A stretch of 64,000 bases of DNA from Candidatus Nanopelagicales bacterium (lineage in GTDB: Bacteria; Actinomycetota; Actinomycetes; S36-B12; GCA-2699445): contig JBAOHO010000029.1 in assembly GCA_037045355.1 (NCBI GenBank), positions 139,030 to 203,029 of the forward strand, written 5' to 3'. A program made the position numbers and the translations under genes. How positions within the stretch are numbered: the first letter of the stretch is position 1; each line of letters starts with the position of its first letter. Of the stretch, positions 27,406 to 36,819 are shown piece by piece. The notes below the pieces were generated by a model. It did not search any database and had not been told where the DNA came from. It saw nothing but the letters and a program-made list of their open reading frames with translations.

Positions 27406-28682
27406 TCCTCACGTTTGTTGCGCAGGAGGTAGTCGAACACGTGCTCGCCCAGTGTCTCCGCGACGAGTTCGCTGGCTTCCATGGCGTCGACCGCCTGACC
27501 CAGGCTGCCCGGCAGTGGCCGCATGCCCAATGCCCTGCGCTCAGACTCGGTCAAGGCCCACACGTCGTCCTCGGCGCCGGGCGGCAACTCGTAGCCCTCC
27601 TCGATTCCCTTGAGTCCGGCGGCGAGGATCACCGCGAAAGCCAGATACGGATTGCAGGCCGCGTCGAGTGTCCGTAGTTCCACGCGGGTGGAGCCGCCCT
27701 TGTGTGGTTTGTACATCGGCACACGGAGCATCGCGGAGCGGTTGTTGTGTCCCCAGCACACCCATGCGGGGGCCTCACCTCCACCCTGCAGGCGCTTGTA
27801 GGAGTTCACCCATTGGTTGGTGACAGCGCTGATCTCGACGGCGTGTTCCAGCAGTCCGGCCATGAATGCCCGGCCGACCTTCGACAGCTGATACTGGGCG
27901 CCCGGTTCGTAGAACGCGTTGGTGTCCCCCTCGAACAGGGACAGGTGAGTGTGCATCCCCGAGCCGGCATGTTCGGCGAAGGGTTTGGGCATGAACGAGG
28001 CAACCACGCCGTGCTCGAGAGCCATCTCTTTGACGACGAGCCGGAACGTCATGATGTTGTCCGCGGTGGACAAAGCGTCGGCATAACGTAGGTCGATCTC
28101 CTGCTGACCCGGCGCTCCCTCATGGTGGCTGAACTCCACCGAGATACCCATGGACTCGAGCATCGTGATCGTCGACCGGCGGAAGTCGTGGGCAACCCCG
28201 TGGGGAGCGTTGTCGAAGTAGCCGAATCGGTCGATCGGCTCCGGCGGCGGTCCTCCGGGCTCGTGGGGTTCGGTGAACAAGAAGAACTCGATCTCCGGGT
28301 GGGTGTAAAACGTGAAGCCGAGATCGGCCGCCTTGGCCAGCGTGCGCTTGAGGACGTAGCGCGGATCGGACCATGCGGGGCTGCCGTCCGGCATGAGGAT
28401 GTCGCAGAAGAGTCGGGCCGTCCCGCGCGAATCCCCTCGCCACGGGAGAATCTGGAACGTCCCCGGGTCGGGGCGCACGATCATGTCAGCCTCGGACACC
28501 CGCGCGAAACCCTGGATCGCCGAACCGTCGAATCCGATGCCCTCGTCGAACGCGCCCTCCAACTCGGCAGGTGCCACAGCAACGGACTTCAACGTCCCCA
28601 GGACGTCGGTGAACCACAGCCGAATGAAGCGGATGTCCCGCTCCTCGATCGTGCGGAGTACGAACTCGGTCTGCTTGTCCAT
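27342..28682 (-). CDS. glnA: glutamine synthetase GlnA2-type
   Basis: ATG 28682 gives 446 aa: MDKQTEFVLRTIEERDIRFIRLWFTDVLG... with ...HAGSGMHTHLSLF.... It is upstream of and coupled to glnE, as glnA2-glnE are in mycobacteria. The ORF-track start 28772 adds 30 non-conserved-looking residues. Confidence 0.92.
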   Translation of the reverse strand: MDKQTEFVLRTIEERDIRFIRLWFTDVLGTLKSVAVAPAELEGAFDEGIGFDGSAIQGFARVSEADMIVRPDPGTFQILPWRGDSRGTARLFCDILMPDGSPAWSDPRYVLKRTLAKAADLGFTFYTHPEIEFFLFTEPHEPGGPPPEPIDRFGYFDNAPHGVAHDFRRSTITMLESMGISVEFSHHEGAPGQQEIDLRYADALSTADNIMTFRLVVKEMALEHGVVASFMPKPFAEHAGSGMHTHLSLFEGDTNAFYEPGAQYQLSKVGRAFMAGLLEHAVEISAVTNQWVNSYKRLQGGGEAPAWVCWGHNNRSAMLRVPMYKPHKGGSTRVELRTLDAACNPYLAFAVILAAGLKGIEEGYELPPGAEDDVWALTESERRALGMRPLPGSLGQAVDAMEASELVAETLGEHVFDYLLRNKREEWRGYRRQVTQFELDRYLPLL

Positions 28683-28784
28683 GGGGCCATCTTGCCCGAC
28701 GTCTCGCTCACAGCCACGACCACCGCTCCCGTCTCTCCTCGGCAGGCGGCGCGGAGTCGTCACCGCGGGCACTAGCCTTGGCCC

Positions 28785-30629
28785 GTGCCCGATCTACGCA
28801 TCGCCTTGGCGCAGGTGAACCCGACGGTGGGCGACATCACCGGGAACGCCCGCATCGTGCTTGAGACATGTCTGCTCGCCGCCAAATCCGGTGTCGATCT
28901 GGTCGCGTTCCCCGAGATGATGCTCACCGGATACCCCATCGAGGATCTGGCGCTGCGTTCGACAGTCATCCAGGCATCCCGGGCTGCGGCCGAACGATTG
29001 GCCGTCGACCTTGTCACCGAAGGACTTGGCGCGCTGACCGTCGTGGTGGGACTCCTGGACAGACAGGCCGATGTCGACAGCGACCTCGGGGTGCCGAGGA
29101 ATGCGCCCTTGAACGCGGCGTGGGTCCTGCGCGGTGGTCAGGTGAGTGCCCGATACGCCAAGCACCATCTGCCCAACTATGGCGTGTTCGACGAGTACCG
29201 CTACTTCGTCCCGGGCACGAGCGCGACCGTGATCGACGTCGCCGGCACGAAGGTCGCGCTCGCCATCTGCGAGGACCTCTGGCAAGACGGCGGTCCCGTC
29301 ACCTGGGCCCGTGAATCGGCCGCCGACGTGTTGTTGGTCATCAACGGATCGCCCTACGAACGTGCCAAGGACGATGCCCGGCTGGAACTGTGTCGGCGCC
29401 GCGCCGCGGAGTCCGGCTGCACGTTGGCCTACGTCAACATGGTGGGTGGGCAGGACGAACTCGTTTTCGACGGTGACTCCATGATCGTCAGGCCAGACGG
29501 TTCGCTGCTCGCCCGGGCACCGCAATTCCATCCCTACCTTCTCGTCGCAGACCTCTTCCCGGCGGCCCATCACGACCCGCAAGAAGACCACGACCCGCAA
29601 GAAGACCTCGACCCGCAAGAAGACCTCGACCCGCAAGAAGCCGAGGGCGACACCCCCGGCCCGCCCGCGGAGCAACCCACCGGCCCAGCGCCCGGACTAC
29701 CTCACCTCACGGTGGACGAGGTCATCGGAATCGAACCGGTCATCGTCACAGGGCCGGGGACCGACCTTCTGGTCCTGTCCGCTGAGGCGGAGGTCTATGG
29801 GGCGCTGGTCGTCGGTCTGCGCGATTACGTGCGCAAGAACGGATTCGCGTCGGTCATCTTGGGCTTGTCCGGGGGCATCGACTCCGCCTTGGTAGCCGCG
29901 ATCGCCTGTGATGCCGTCGGAGCGGCGAATGTGCACGGGGTGTCCTTGCCGAGCGCCTACTCGTCGGAGCATTCGCGAACCGATGCCGCAGTGACCGCCG
30001 AACGCACGGGACTGCGACTGCGCACGGTGCCCATCGCCCCCATGGTCGACGCGTTTCAGTCCTCTCTGCACCTGACCGGACTCGCTGAAGAGAATCTGCA
30101 GGCCCGGGTCCGCGGAGTGACCCTGATGGGTCTGTCCAATGCCGAAGGGCACCTGGTGTTGGCGACCGGGAACAAGACCGAGCTCTCAGTCGGGTACTCG
30201 ACGATCTACGGCGACGCGGTCGGCGGTTTCGCGCCGATCAAGGACCTGCCCAAGATCGAGGTCTGGAGCCTGTCCCGGTGGCGTAACTCGGTTGCTCGTG
30301 CGACCGGCAGCCCGGAGCCGATCCCACAGTCGAGCATCGACAAACCCCCCAGCGCCGAGTTGCGTCCGGGGCAGCTGGACACGGACTCGCTGCCCGACTA
30401 CCGGGTGCTCGACGACCTGCTCGACGACTACGTGGAGTTGGATCGGGGCGCGGACTACCTCATCGAAGCCGGGTTCGACGCCCACCTGGTCGAGAGAGTG
30501 CTGCACTTGACGGATGCTGCCGAGTACAAGCGGCGGCAGTACCCGCCGGGCACCAAAGTGAGCTTGAAGGCGTTCGGCCGCGACCGGCGGCTACCGATCA
30601 CCAGTCGGTGGCGGGAGCGGCGTAGTTGA
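28785..30629 (+). CDS. nadE: glutamine-dependent NAD+ synthetase NadE (CN-hydrolase + synthetase domains)
   Basis: GTG start; 614 aa. The N-terminal nitrilase-like domain contains LRIALAQVNPTVGD...FPEM...AICEDLW. The C-terminal ATP-pyrophosphatase domain contains the SGGIDS motif. Confidence 0.93.
   Translation: MPDLRIALAQVNPTVGDITGNARIVLETCLLAAKSGVDLVAFPEMMLTGYPIEDLALRSTVIQASRAAAERLAVDLVTEGLGALTVVVGLLDRQADVDSDLGVPRNAPLNAAWVLRGGQVSARYAKHHLPNYGVFDEYRYFVPGTSATVIDVAGTKVALAICEDLWQDGGPVTWARESAADVLLVINGSPYERAKDDARLELCRRRAAESGCTLAYVNMVGGQDELVFDGDSMIVRPDGSLLARAPQFHPYLLVADLFPAAHHDPQEDHDPQEDLDPQEDLDPQEAEGDTPGPPAEQPTGPAPGLPHLTVDEVIGIEPVIVTGPGTDLLVLSAEAEVYGALVVGLRDYVRKNGFASVILGLSGGIDSALVAAIACDAVGAANVHGVSLPSAYSSEHSRTDAAVTAERTGLRLRTVPIAPMVDAFQSSLHLTGLAEENLQARVRGVTLMGLSNAEGHLVLATGNKTELSVGYSTIYGDAVGGFAPIKDLPKIEVWSLSRWRNSVARATGSPEPIPQSSIDKPPSAELRPGQLDTDSLPDYRVLDDLLDDYVELDRGADYLIEAGFDAHLVERVLHLTDAAEYKRRQYPPGTKVSLKAFGRDRRLPITSRWRERRS
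29574..29645 (+). repeat. in-frame 18-bp tandem repeat x4 inside nadE encoding (H/L)DPQED units
   Basis: Units at 29574, 29592, 29610 and 29628 (GACCCGCAAGAAGACC[AC/TC]). The translation is HHDPQEDHDPQEDLDPQEDLDPQEAEG, located in the inter-domain linker. Confidence 0.9.
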
Positions 30630-32321
30630 CGACTCCAGGTGCTGTTCGCGTGCGACCTCGTCCAAGGTGACCTCAGGATCAGGCTCGTCCCAGGTGTCTG
30701 GCGGGCTGGCGTCGCGGGCTTGCGGTGGCGAGATCGCCGGGAGCCCGAAGCCCACCAGCAGCGCGGCGACGATCACCATGATCGCGCTCAGGATCATGGT
30801 GGTGTGTGAGGCAGTCAGGAACGCGTCGAAAGCCCCTTGCCGGATCACTTCGATCTGACTCGGAGCTGCCAAACCCTGTTGGCTCGCGGCTGTGAGAATC
30901 GCGTCCGTAGCCACGATGGATTCCTCGGCCTGGGCATCAGGGAACTGCGGCGGCAGGCCCGACAACACGGGCGCGACGTTGTTGGCGTACTGGGTGCCCA
31001 AGACCGTACCGACAACCGCCACACCGAGGGCGCCTGCCACCTGGCGCACCGTGTTCTGCACGGCGGACCCTGCTCCGGCCCGGGCCAACGGCAGCACGTT
31101 CTGCATGACCGCGGTAGCGGGCGCGACGACGTTGCCCATACCGAAGCCGAAGAGGAAGAAGCCCACGAGCACCAGCCAAATGTTGCTGTCGAGCCTCAGC
31201 TGCGTCAGCCCGGCCAGGGTGATGGCGACGATGACAAGACCACCGGTCATGACGAGTCGATAGCCGAATCGCTCGACCATCTTGGCGCTGCGTGGAGCGG
31301 CGATGAGTTGTCCCACGGCGAAAGGCAGGAACGCGAGACCGGCCTGCAACGTGGAGTAGCCACGCAGGATCTGGAAGTAGAAGGGCAGCGTGAACGTGAT
31401 GCCCATGAGGGCGAAGAACGCCAAGCTCACGGCCGACAGACTCACGGCGTAGCCGCGATTCCGGAAGAGCGCCACATCGAAGGACTTATGGCTGCTGTGA
31501 GCCTCGTAGACGAGGAAACCGATCAGGATCACGATGCCCGCCACGATGGGGCCGATCACCTGGACATCGATCCACGCGCCGACAGAGGATGCGTGGATGA
31601 TGCCGTAGATCAAGGCAACCAAGCCGACGAAGGACAGCACGAGGCCGATGAGGTCGAGTTGCTGGGGATGGGGATTCCGACTCTCGGGAACAACCCGCAG
31701 GATTCCGATGAGGCCGACGATCACGATTGGGACGTTGATGAGGAACACCGAGCCCCAGTCGTTACCCGTCAGCCAGCTGGACCACTCGGGATGTTCGAGG
31801 AGTAGTCCGCCCAAGACCGGGCCCAGTGCCACGGCCGCTCCGACAGCTCCGGCCCAGGCGCCGATGGCGCGACCGCGTTCGTGTGGCGGGAACACCACGG
31901 TGATGATGGCCAGCGTGACGGGCATGACAGCGGCTCCGCCGACACCCATCAGACCGCGGGTCCCGATCAGCCACATCGGGGTCGGCGCGAATGCGGATGC
32001 GGCGCTCGCGAGCCCGAACACGATGAGACCGATGATCAGGATCTTCTTGCGGCCGAACCGATCGCCCAGCACACCCCAGGTGAACAGCAGCGCGGCGAAC
32101 ACCAAGATGTAGGAGTCGATGGCCCACACCAACTCGCTCTGCGTGGCCTGCAGATCGTCTTGAATGGTTGGCAGGGCGATATTCAGCACCGTGTTGTCGA
32201 GCACCACCACGAGCAGGCTCACCACCAACACGGCGAGAATCGCCCAGCGCCGTGGATGGCCTTCCCCGCTGGTCATCCAGTCGCCACCTGCGGCGGGTGC
32301 GGTCTCGTCGGCAGCGGCCAT
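30591..32321 (-). CDS. MFS transporter, DHA2 (EmrB/QacA-like, 14-TMS) family
   Basis: ATG 32321 (MAAADETAPAAGGDWMTSGEGHPRRWAILAVLVVSLLVVVLDNTVLNIALPTI...). It shows the typical DHA2 motifs LDxTVxNVALP and GxLxDRFGRKK. It is convergent with nadE and overlaps its 3' end. Confidence 0.85.
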   Translation of the reverse strand: MAAADETAPAAGGDWMTSGEGHPRRWAILAVLVVSLLVVVLDNTVLNIALPTIQDDLQATQSELVWAIDSYILVFAALLFTWGVLGDRFGRKKILIIGLIVFGLASAASAFAPTPMWLIGTRGLMGVGGAAVMPVTLAIITVVFPPHERGRAIGAWAGAVGAAVALGPVLGGLLLEHPEWSSWLTGNDWGSVFLINVPIVIVGLIGILRVVPESRNPHPQQLDLIGLVLSFVGLVALIYGIIHASSVGAWIDVQVIGPIVAGIVILIGFLVYEAHSSHKSFDVALFRNRGYAVSLSAVSLAFFALMGITFTLPFYFQILRGYSTLQAGLAFLPFAVGQLIAAPRSAKMVERFGYRLVMTGGLVIVAITLAGLTQLRLDSNIWLVLVGFFLFGFGMGNVVAPATAVMQNVLPLARAGAGSAVQNTVRQVAGALGVAVVGTVLGTQYANNVAPVLSGLPPQFPDAQAEESIVATDAILTAASQQGLAAPSQIEVIRQGAFDAFLTASHTTMILSAIMVIVAALLVGFGLPAISPPQARDASPPDTWDEPDPEVTLDEVAREQHLESSTTPLPPPTGDR

Positions 32322-32541
32322 GTGAACCTCGGTTTCGCGTCGACCAAGGCTACGGCACGCCACCAGCCCGGTGAGATCGCGCTGGCAGGCACTGCTCGAG
32401 GAAGCCGGATCATGCCATTCGGGAATATTCGGTCAGCGTGACCCACGTCACATTGGGAGTCTGGCCACCGGCCGGTCGCGGGTGGGACGATGGCCTCGTC
32501 GCGGCGACCCGTGTGTGGCGTCGACGATTTGGAGGATCACC

Positions 32542-33384
32542 ATGTCCGACACATCCGCATCCGTCTCTGTCTATGGCGGCATCACCAACCGGCGCATCAC
32601 CGTCACCGATCTGGCGAAGGCCAAGGAGGCCAGTGAGAAGTGGCCGATGCTCACCGCCTACGACGCCATGGTCGCCGGACTGCTCGACGAGGCCGGAATC
32701 CCGGTGCTGCTCGTCGGAGACTCCGCTGCCATGGTCGTTCACGGCCACAGCACCACGCTGCCCATCACCGTCGATGATCTGGTCCCGCTGACTTCCGCCG
32801 TCGTGCGCGGCACCACTCGCGCCCTGGTCGTGGCCGACCTGCCCTTCGGCTCCTACCAGGAGGGGCCCAAGCAGGCTCTGCGTTCCGCCACGCGCTTCAT
32901 GAAAGAGGCCGGAGCTCACGCCGTGAAACTCGAAGGAGGTGTGCGCGTCGTCCCGCAGATCCAGACACTCGTCGAGGCTGGGATTCCGGTGATGGCACAC
33001 ATCGGGCTGACCCCTCAGTCCGTCAACACGATCGGCGGCTACAAGGTGCAAGGGCGCGGCGAAGCCGGCCATGTTCTGCTCGATGAAGCCTTCGCCGTCC
33101 AAGAAGCGGGCGCGTTCGCCGTGGTGTTGGAGGTGGTCCCTCACGACCTCGCCGAGCGTGTCACGAAGGAGCTCGACATCCCCACCATCGGCATCGGAGC
33201 GGGCAACAGCACTGACGCCCAGGTCCTGGTCTGGCAGGACCTGCTGGGTCTGACCCCGGGACGCGCGCCGAAGTTCGTCAAGCCATATGCGGACCTGCGC
33301 GGCATCATGACGACCGCAGTCCAGACCTGGGCCGCCGATGTCGTCTCAGGTGAGTACCCCGACCTCGACCATTCGTACAACTGA
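32542..33384 (+). CDS. panB: 3-methyl-2-oxobutanoate hydroxymethyltransferase PanB
   Basis: ATG 32542 is preceded by GGAGGA; 280 aa: ...KWPMLTAYDA...PVLLVGDSAAMVVHGH...KLEGG...AHIGLTPQS... Confidence 0.95.
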   Translation: MSDTSASVSVYGGITNRRITVTDLAKAKEASEKWPMLTAYDAMVAGLLDEAGIPVLLVGDSAAMVVHGHSTTLPITVDDLVPLTSAVVRGTTRALVVADLPFGSYQEGPKQALRSATRFMKEAGAHAVKLEGGVRVVPQIQTLVEAGIPVMAHIGLTPQSVNTIGGYKVQGRGEAGHVLLDEAFAVQEAGAFAVVLEVVPHDLAERVTKELDIPTIGIGAGNSTDAQVLVWQDLLGLTPGRAPKFVKPYADLRGIMTTAVQTWAADVVSGEYPDLDHSYN

Positions 33385-33425
33385 CGCACAACTGACGTAC
33401 CACCGCTACACGTGAAGCAGCACCG

Positions 33426-34109
33426 CTACACGTCGGTGATGCGAACTCCGGCGTGGGTCTTGTAGCGACGGTTGATCGAGATCAGGTTGGCGGTCAGGCC
33501 CTCGACCTGTCCGCAGTTGCGCAAACGGCCACCGTAGATGCCCCGCAGCCCGGGGATTCTGTCGGCCAGCTCTTGCACGGCGTCGGTCGCGGCCCGCACG
33601 TCACCGAGGACCAAGATGTCCATGTCGGGCACAGACTCGAGATCCCGGTCCTGGAGCAGGACGGCGCTGACATGGTGGAAGGCCCCCACGACGACGCTGT
33701 CGGGCAGCAGGGCCTGCGCCTGCTGCGCCGCCGACCCCTCGGCGACGTCGAGACAATGAGCACCCTGCTTGTCGAATCCGAGCGGATTGACGCAGTCGAT
33801 CACCAACTTGTCCCGCAGCGGTTCCCGCAGTGACTCCAGCAACGGCGCATGTCCTGCCCAGGGCACCGCCACCAGTGCCACGTCACAACGTTCCGCCACG
33901 TCGTCGTTGGTGCCTCCGATCACGCCGTGCCCCACCTGTGCGGCCGCGGCCTCGGCACGTTCGCGGTCCCGGGAGCCGATCAGGACCGGCAGACCGCTGC
34001 GAGCCCAGCGGTAGGCCAGTCCCAGACCTTGATCACCTGTGCCGCCGAGGACGGCGATGGTGGGGTGTTCGGGCAATGCGGGAGCGGAGTTCTCGGACAT
34101 GGGGACCAT
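33426..34109 (-). CDS. npdG: NADPH-dependent F420 reductase (NpdG-like)
   Basis: 227 aa with the N-terminal dinucleotide fold IAVLGGTGDQGLGLAYRWARSGLPVLIGSR and overall length and pattern typical of NpdG. The start is ATG 34109 or 34100. Confidence 0.8.
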   Translation of the reverse strand: MVPMSENSAPALPEHPTIAVLGGTGDQGLGLAYRWARSGLPVLIGSRDRERAEAAAAQVGHGVIGGTNDDVAERCDVALVAVPWAGHAPLLESLREPLRDKLVIDCVNPLGFDKQGAHCLDVAEGSAAQQAQALLPDSVVVGAFHHVSAVLLQDRDLESVPDMDILVLGDVRAATDAVQELADRIPGLRGIYGGRLRNCGQVEGLTANLISINRRYKTHAGVRITDV

Positions 34110-34124
34110 GGTGACAGTTGCCAG

Positions 34125-35267
34125 TCAGGAGTGCGGCAGTGCCGTGCGTTCTGCCAACTCCGCCGGGACTCCCCACGCCTCGAGGGCAGCGGCTCCGTGC
34201 CCGAACTCCGAGCGCGGCACGGCCTGCCCCGGTGTACGCGAGAACCGAGGGGCGGGAGCGGGCTGCAACGGCTCGTCGGGCAGGAACGTGCCGCGTGCCT
34301 TCAGGTGGGGGTCTTCACTCGCCTCCACCATGGATCGGACCCCGAAAGTGCAGGCGTCGGTTCCGCGGAACGCGTCGTCCCATGCGTCGCGGGTGCGGGT
34401 CGCGATGATGTCGGTGAACGCCGTACGCAGCTCCGGCCACCGGGCCACATCGAACTGATTCGGCAACTCGGTGTCGTCCAGACCGAGAACCTCGAGGAAC
34501 TCCGAGTAGAACTTCGGCTCCAGGCACCCCACCGACAAGAACTCGCCGTCGGCGCACCGGTAGACGTCGTAGAACGGCGCACCGGTGTCCAGCAGGTTTG
34601 TCCCCGGCGCATCGGGGTTCCACAGACCCTGCGCGGCCAGCGAGTACACGAGCATCATCAGATATGCGGACCCATCGACCATCGCGGCGTCGATGACCTG
34701 ACCCCTGCCGGACCGGCTCCGCTCGAACAGAGCTGACAGAACCCCGAGCAACAGGAACATCGCCCCGCCCCCGAAGTCGGCGACAAGATTCACCGGCGGC
34801 ACGGGGCGTTCGCCCTGCCGTGCGAAGTGACGCAGCGGCCCGGCCACGGCGATGTAGTTCATGTCATGCCCCGCGCGCTGGGCGAGCGGACCGTCCTGAC
34901 CCCAGCCGGTCATGCGACCGATCACCAAAGCGGGGTTGTCGGCCAGCAAGTCGTCGGGAGCGAACCCCAACTTCTCGAGCACGCCGGGACGGAAGCCCTC
35001 GAGCAGCACATCCGCCCGGGCCACCAGGTCGCGCACAACCGAAGCCGATTCCGGATCCCGCAGGTTCACCCGTGCGGAGGAACGGCCCCGCAGGTGAACC
35101 GCCTTCTCGACATCCACAGCGTCGAAACCGGGCCCGGGCGCCTCGATCCGAAGCACGTCGGCTCCGAGGTCGGCCAGGAGCCCAGCAGCCATGGGAACCG
35201 GTCCGATGGCATTGAGTTCGACGACCTTCAGCCCCGCCAGAGGGCCCTGCCGCACGTTCGATTCCAC
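34125..35267 (-). CDS. family III CoA-transferase (CaiB/BaiF; alpha-methylacyl-CoA racemase-like)
   Basis: GTG 35267 gives VESNVRQGPLAGLKVVELNAIGPVPMAAGLLADLGADVLRIE..., the canonical N-terminus of this family. The longer ORF-track start 35381 adds an Arg-rich, non-coding-looking extension. Confidence 0.85.
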   Translation of the reverse strand: MESNVRQGPLAGLKVVELNAIGPVPMAAGLLADLGADVLRIEAPGPGFDAVDVEKAVHLRGRSSARVNLRDPESASVVRDLVARADVLLEGFRPGVLEKLGFAPDDLLADNPALVIGRMTGWGQDGPLAQRAGHDMNYIAVAGPLRHFARQGERPVPPVNLVADFGGGAMFLLLGVLSALFERSRSGRGQVIDAAMVDGSAYLMMLVYSLAAQGLWNPDAPGTNLLDTGAPFYDVYRCADGEFLSVGCLEPKFYSEFLEVLGLDDTELPNQFDVARWPELRTAFTDIIATRTRDAWDDAFRGTDACTFGVRSMVEASEDPHLKARGTFLPDEPLQPAPAPRFSRTPGQAVPRSEFGHGAAALEAWGVPAELAERTALPHS

Positions 35268-35293
35268 TGTCGGACCCGGGTCTTCGTTCGGGA

Positions 35294-35521
35294 TCAGGTC
35301 GATTCTCCTGACTCTTCGACTCCGAACTCCGGGTCGACCTTGGGCGTCACACCTTCCCAGGTGTCCTCGTCCTGGTCCCACTGCTCATTTCGTTTGGCCG
35401 CTATCTCCAGCGCACGAGAAGCGTCTTCAGCGGAGTCGAAAGGCCCCAGTCGCTCGGAGTTGGGGCAGCCTTCGTCCGGCTCGACCTTGTTGTGCACCAG
35501 GCAGTACCACCACTGCGCCAC
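35294..35521 (-). CDS. small conserved actinobacterial protein (MAQWWYCL...)
   Basis: GTG 35521 is preceded by AAGGGAG at 5-nt spacing. The 75-aa product reads (M)[49 protein letters not shown].... It lies 27 nt upstream of the CoA-transferase start. I recall similar small proteins in other actinobacteria but cannot name a family. Confidence 0.55.
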   Translation of the reverse strand: MAQWWYCLVHNKVEPDEGCPNSERLGPFDSAEDASRALEIAAKRNEQWDQDEDTWEGVTPKVDPEFGVEESGEST

Positions 35522-35599
35522 GCGAACTCCCTTCACTGCCGCCCAGTCGGGGCGATCCACGGCTCCACTCTGCCAGACCGGACATGCCAGAATCGCCGC

Positions 35600-36472
35600 A
35601 TGTCCTCATCGACCACTGACCGGGTCCTGGAACCGGGTCGGATTTCGCCGCGACGCGCGGTCCCCGACTCGATCGAACGCCCCGAGTACGTCGGCCGCCC
35701 TGCTCCGGCTGCCTATCGCGGGCCGGAAGTGAAGGACCCCGACACCATCGAACGCATGCGGGTCGCCGGCCGCATCGCCGCTGACGCCCTGGCCGCAGTG
35801 GGTGCCGCAATCCGGCCCGGCATCACCACCGATGAACTCGACCGAGTGGGCCACGAGTTCTTGCTCGACCACGGCGCCTATCCGTCCACGCTGGGCTACC
35901 GCGGTTTCCCCAAGTCCTTGTGCACCTCGCTGAACGAGGTCATCTGCCACGGCATCCCCGACTCCACGATTCTGGTGGACGGCGACATCTGCAACGTCGA
36001 CATCACCGCCTTCATCGGCGGCGTGCATGGGGACACCAACGCGACCTTCCTCGTCGGGGATGTGGATGAGGAATCCCGCCTGCTGGTGGACCGCACGCGC
36101 GAGGCGACGATGCGGGCCATCAAGGTGGTCGCCCCAGGACGTCCGTTGAACGTCGTGGGGCGGGTCATCGAGTCATACGCACGCAGATTCGGCTATGGCG
36201 TGGTGCGTGACTTCACCGGACACGGCATCGGCACGTCATTCCATACCGGGTTGATCGTGCCGCACTACGACGACCCCGACCTGTCGGTCATGATGGAGAC
36301 CGGCATGACCTTCACCATCGAACCGATGCTCACCTTGGGGACGTACGACTACGACATCTGGGACGACACGTGGACGGTGACCACGAAGGACAAACGGCGC
36401 ACCGCCCAGTTCGAGCACACGATCCTCGTCACGGCCTCCGGGTCGCAGATCCTCACGCTCCCTACCTCCTGA
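35600..36472 (+). CDS. map: type I methionine aminopeptidase
   Basis: ATG 35600; 290 aa. Metal-ligand context is ...[18 protein letters not shown]..., ...HGIG..., ...FTIEP..., ...QFEHTILVT. Confidence 0.95.
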   Translation: MSSSTTDRVLEPGRISPRRAVPDSIERPEYVGRPAPAAYRGPEVKDPDTIERMRVAGRIAADALAAVGAAIRPGITTDELDRVGHEFLLDHGAYPSTLGYRGFPKSLCTSLNEVICHGIPDSTILVDGDICNVDITAFIGGVHGDTNATFLVGDVDEESRLLVDRTREATMRAIKVVAPGRPLNVVGRVIESYARRFGYGVVRDFTGHGIGTSFHTGLIVPHYDDPDLSVMMETGMTFTIEPMLTLGTYDYDIWDDTWTVTTKDKRRTAQFEHTILVTASGSQILTLPTS

Positions 36473-36507
36473 CTGAGTCGCCCCCGACCGATCCGAACCC
36501 CCGCCGA

Positions 36508-36534
36508 GCGCCGCCCCCGACCGAGCGGCGGCGC
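36508..36534 (+). terminator. weak stem-loop candidate downstream of map
   Basis: GCGCCGCC-n11-GGCGGCGC, an 8-bp GC stem located 36 nt after the map stop. No U-tract. Confidence 0.3.
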
Positions 36535-36819
36535 CAGTCGCACCCCCTCCGCACTCAATGCCGTTCGCCCGCCAAATGGAGGCTGTTGCGTCGGACGCGC
36601 GAGTGAGCGTGTGAACGGCCTCCCGAGCGACCCCAGGTCAGACCCCGGACGACAACCCACCCTCGAACCAGGCCGAGAACTCAGCCGACAACCCGACAAC
36701 GCGAGAAGCCGAGAAGAAGCCCATGCCGCAGCCAGGACCCACGCCTACCGAGGGCCGATTGCCGTGCTTCCCGGCGACGCAACTGCAAGAGTGGGGCCAT
36801 CGAACCGTGAGGAGCATCC

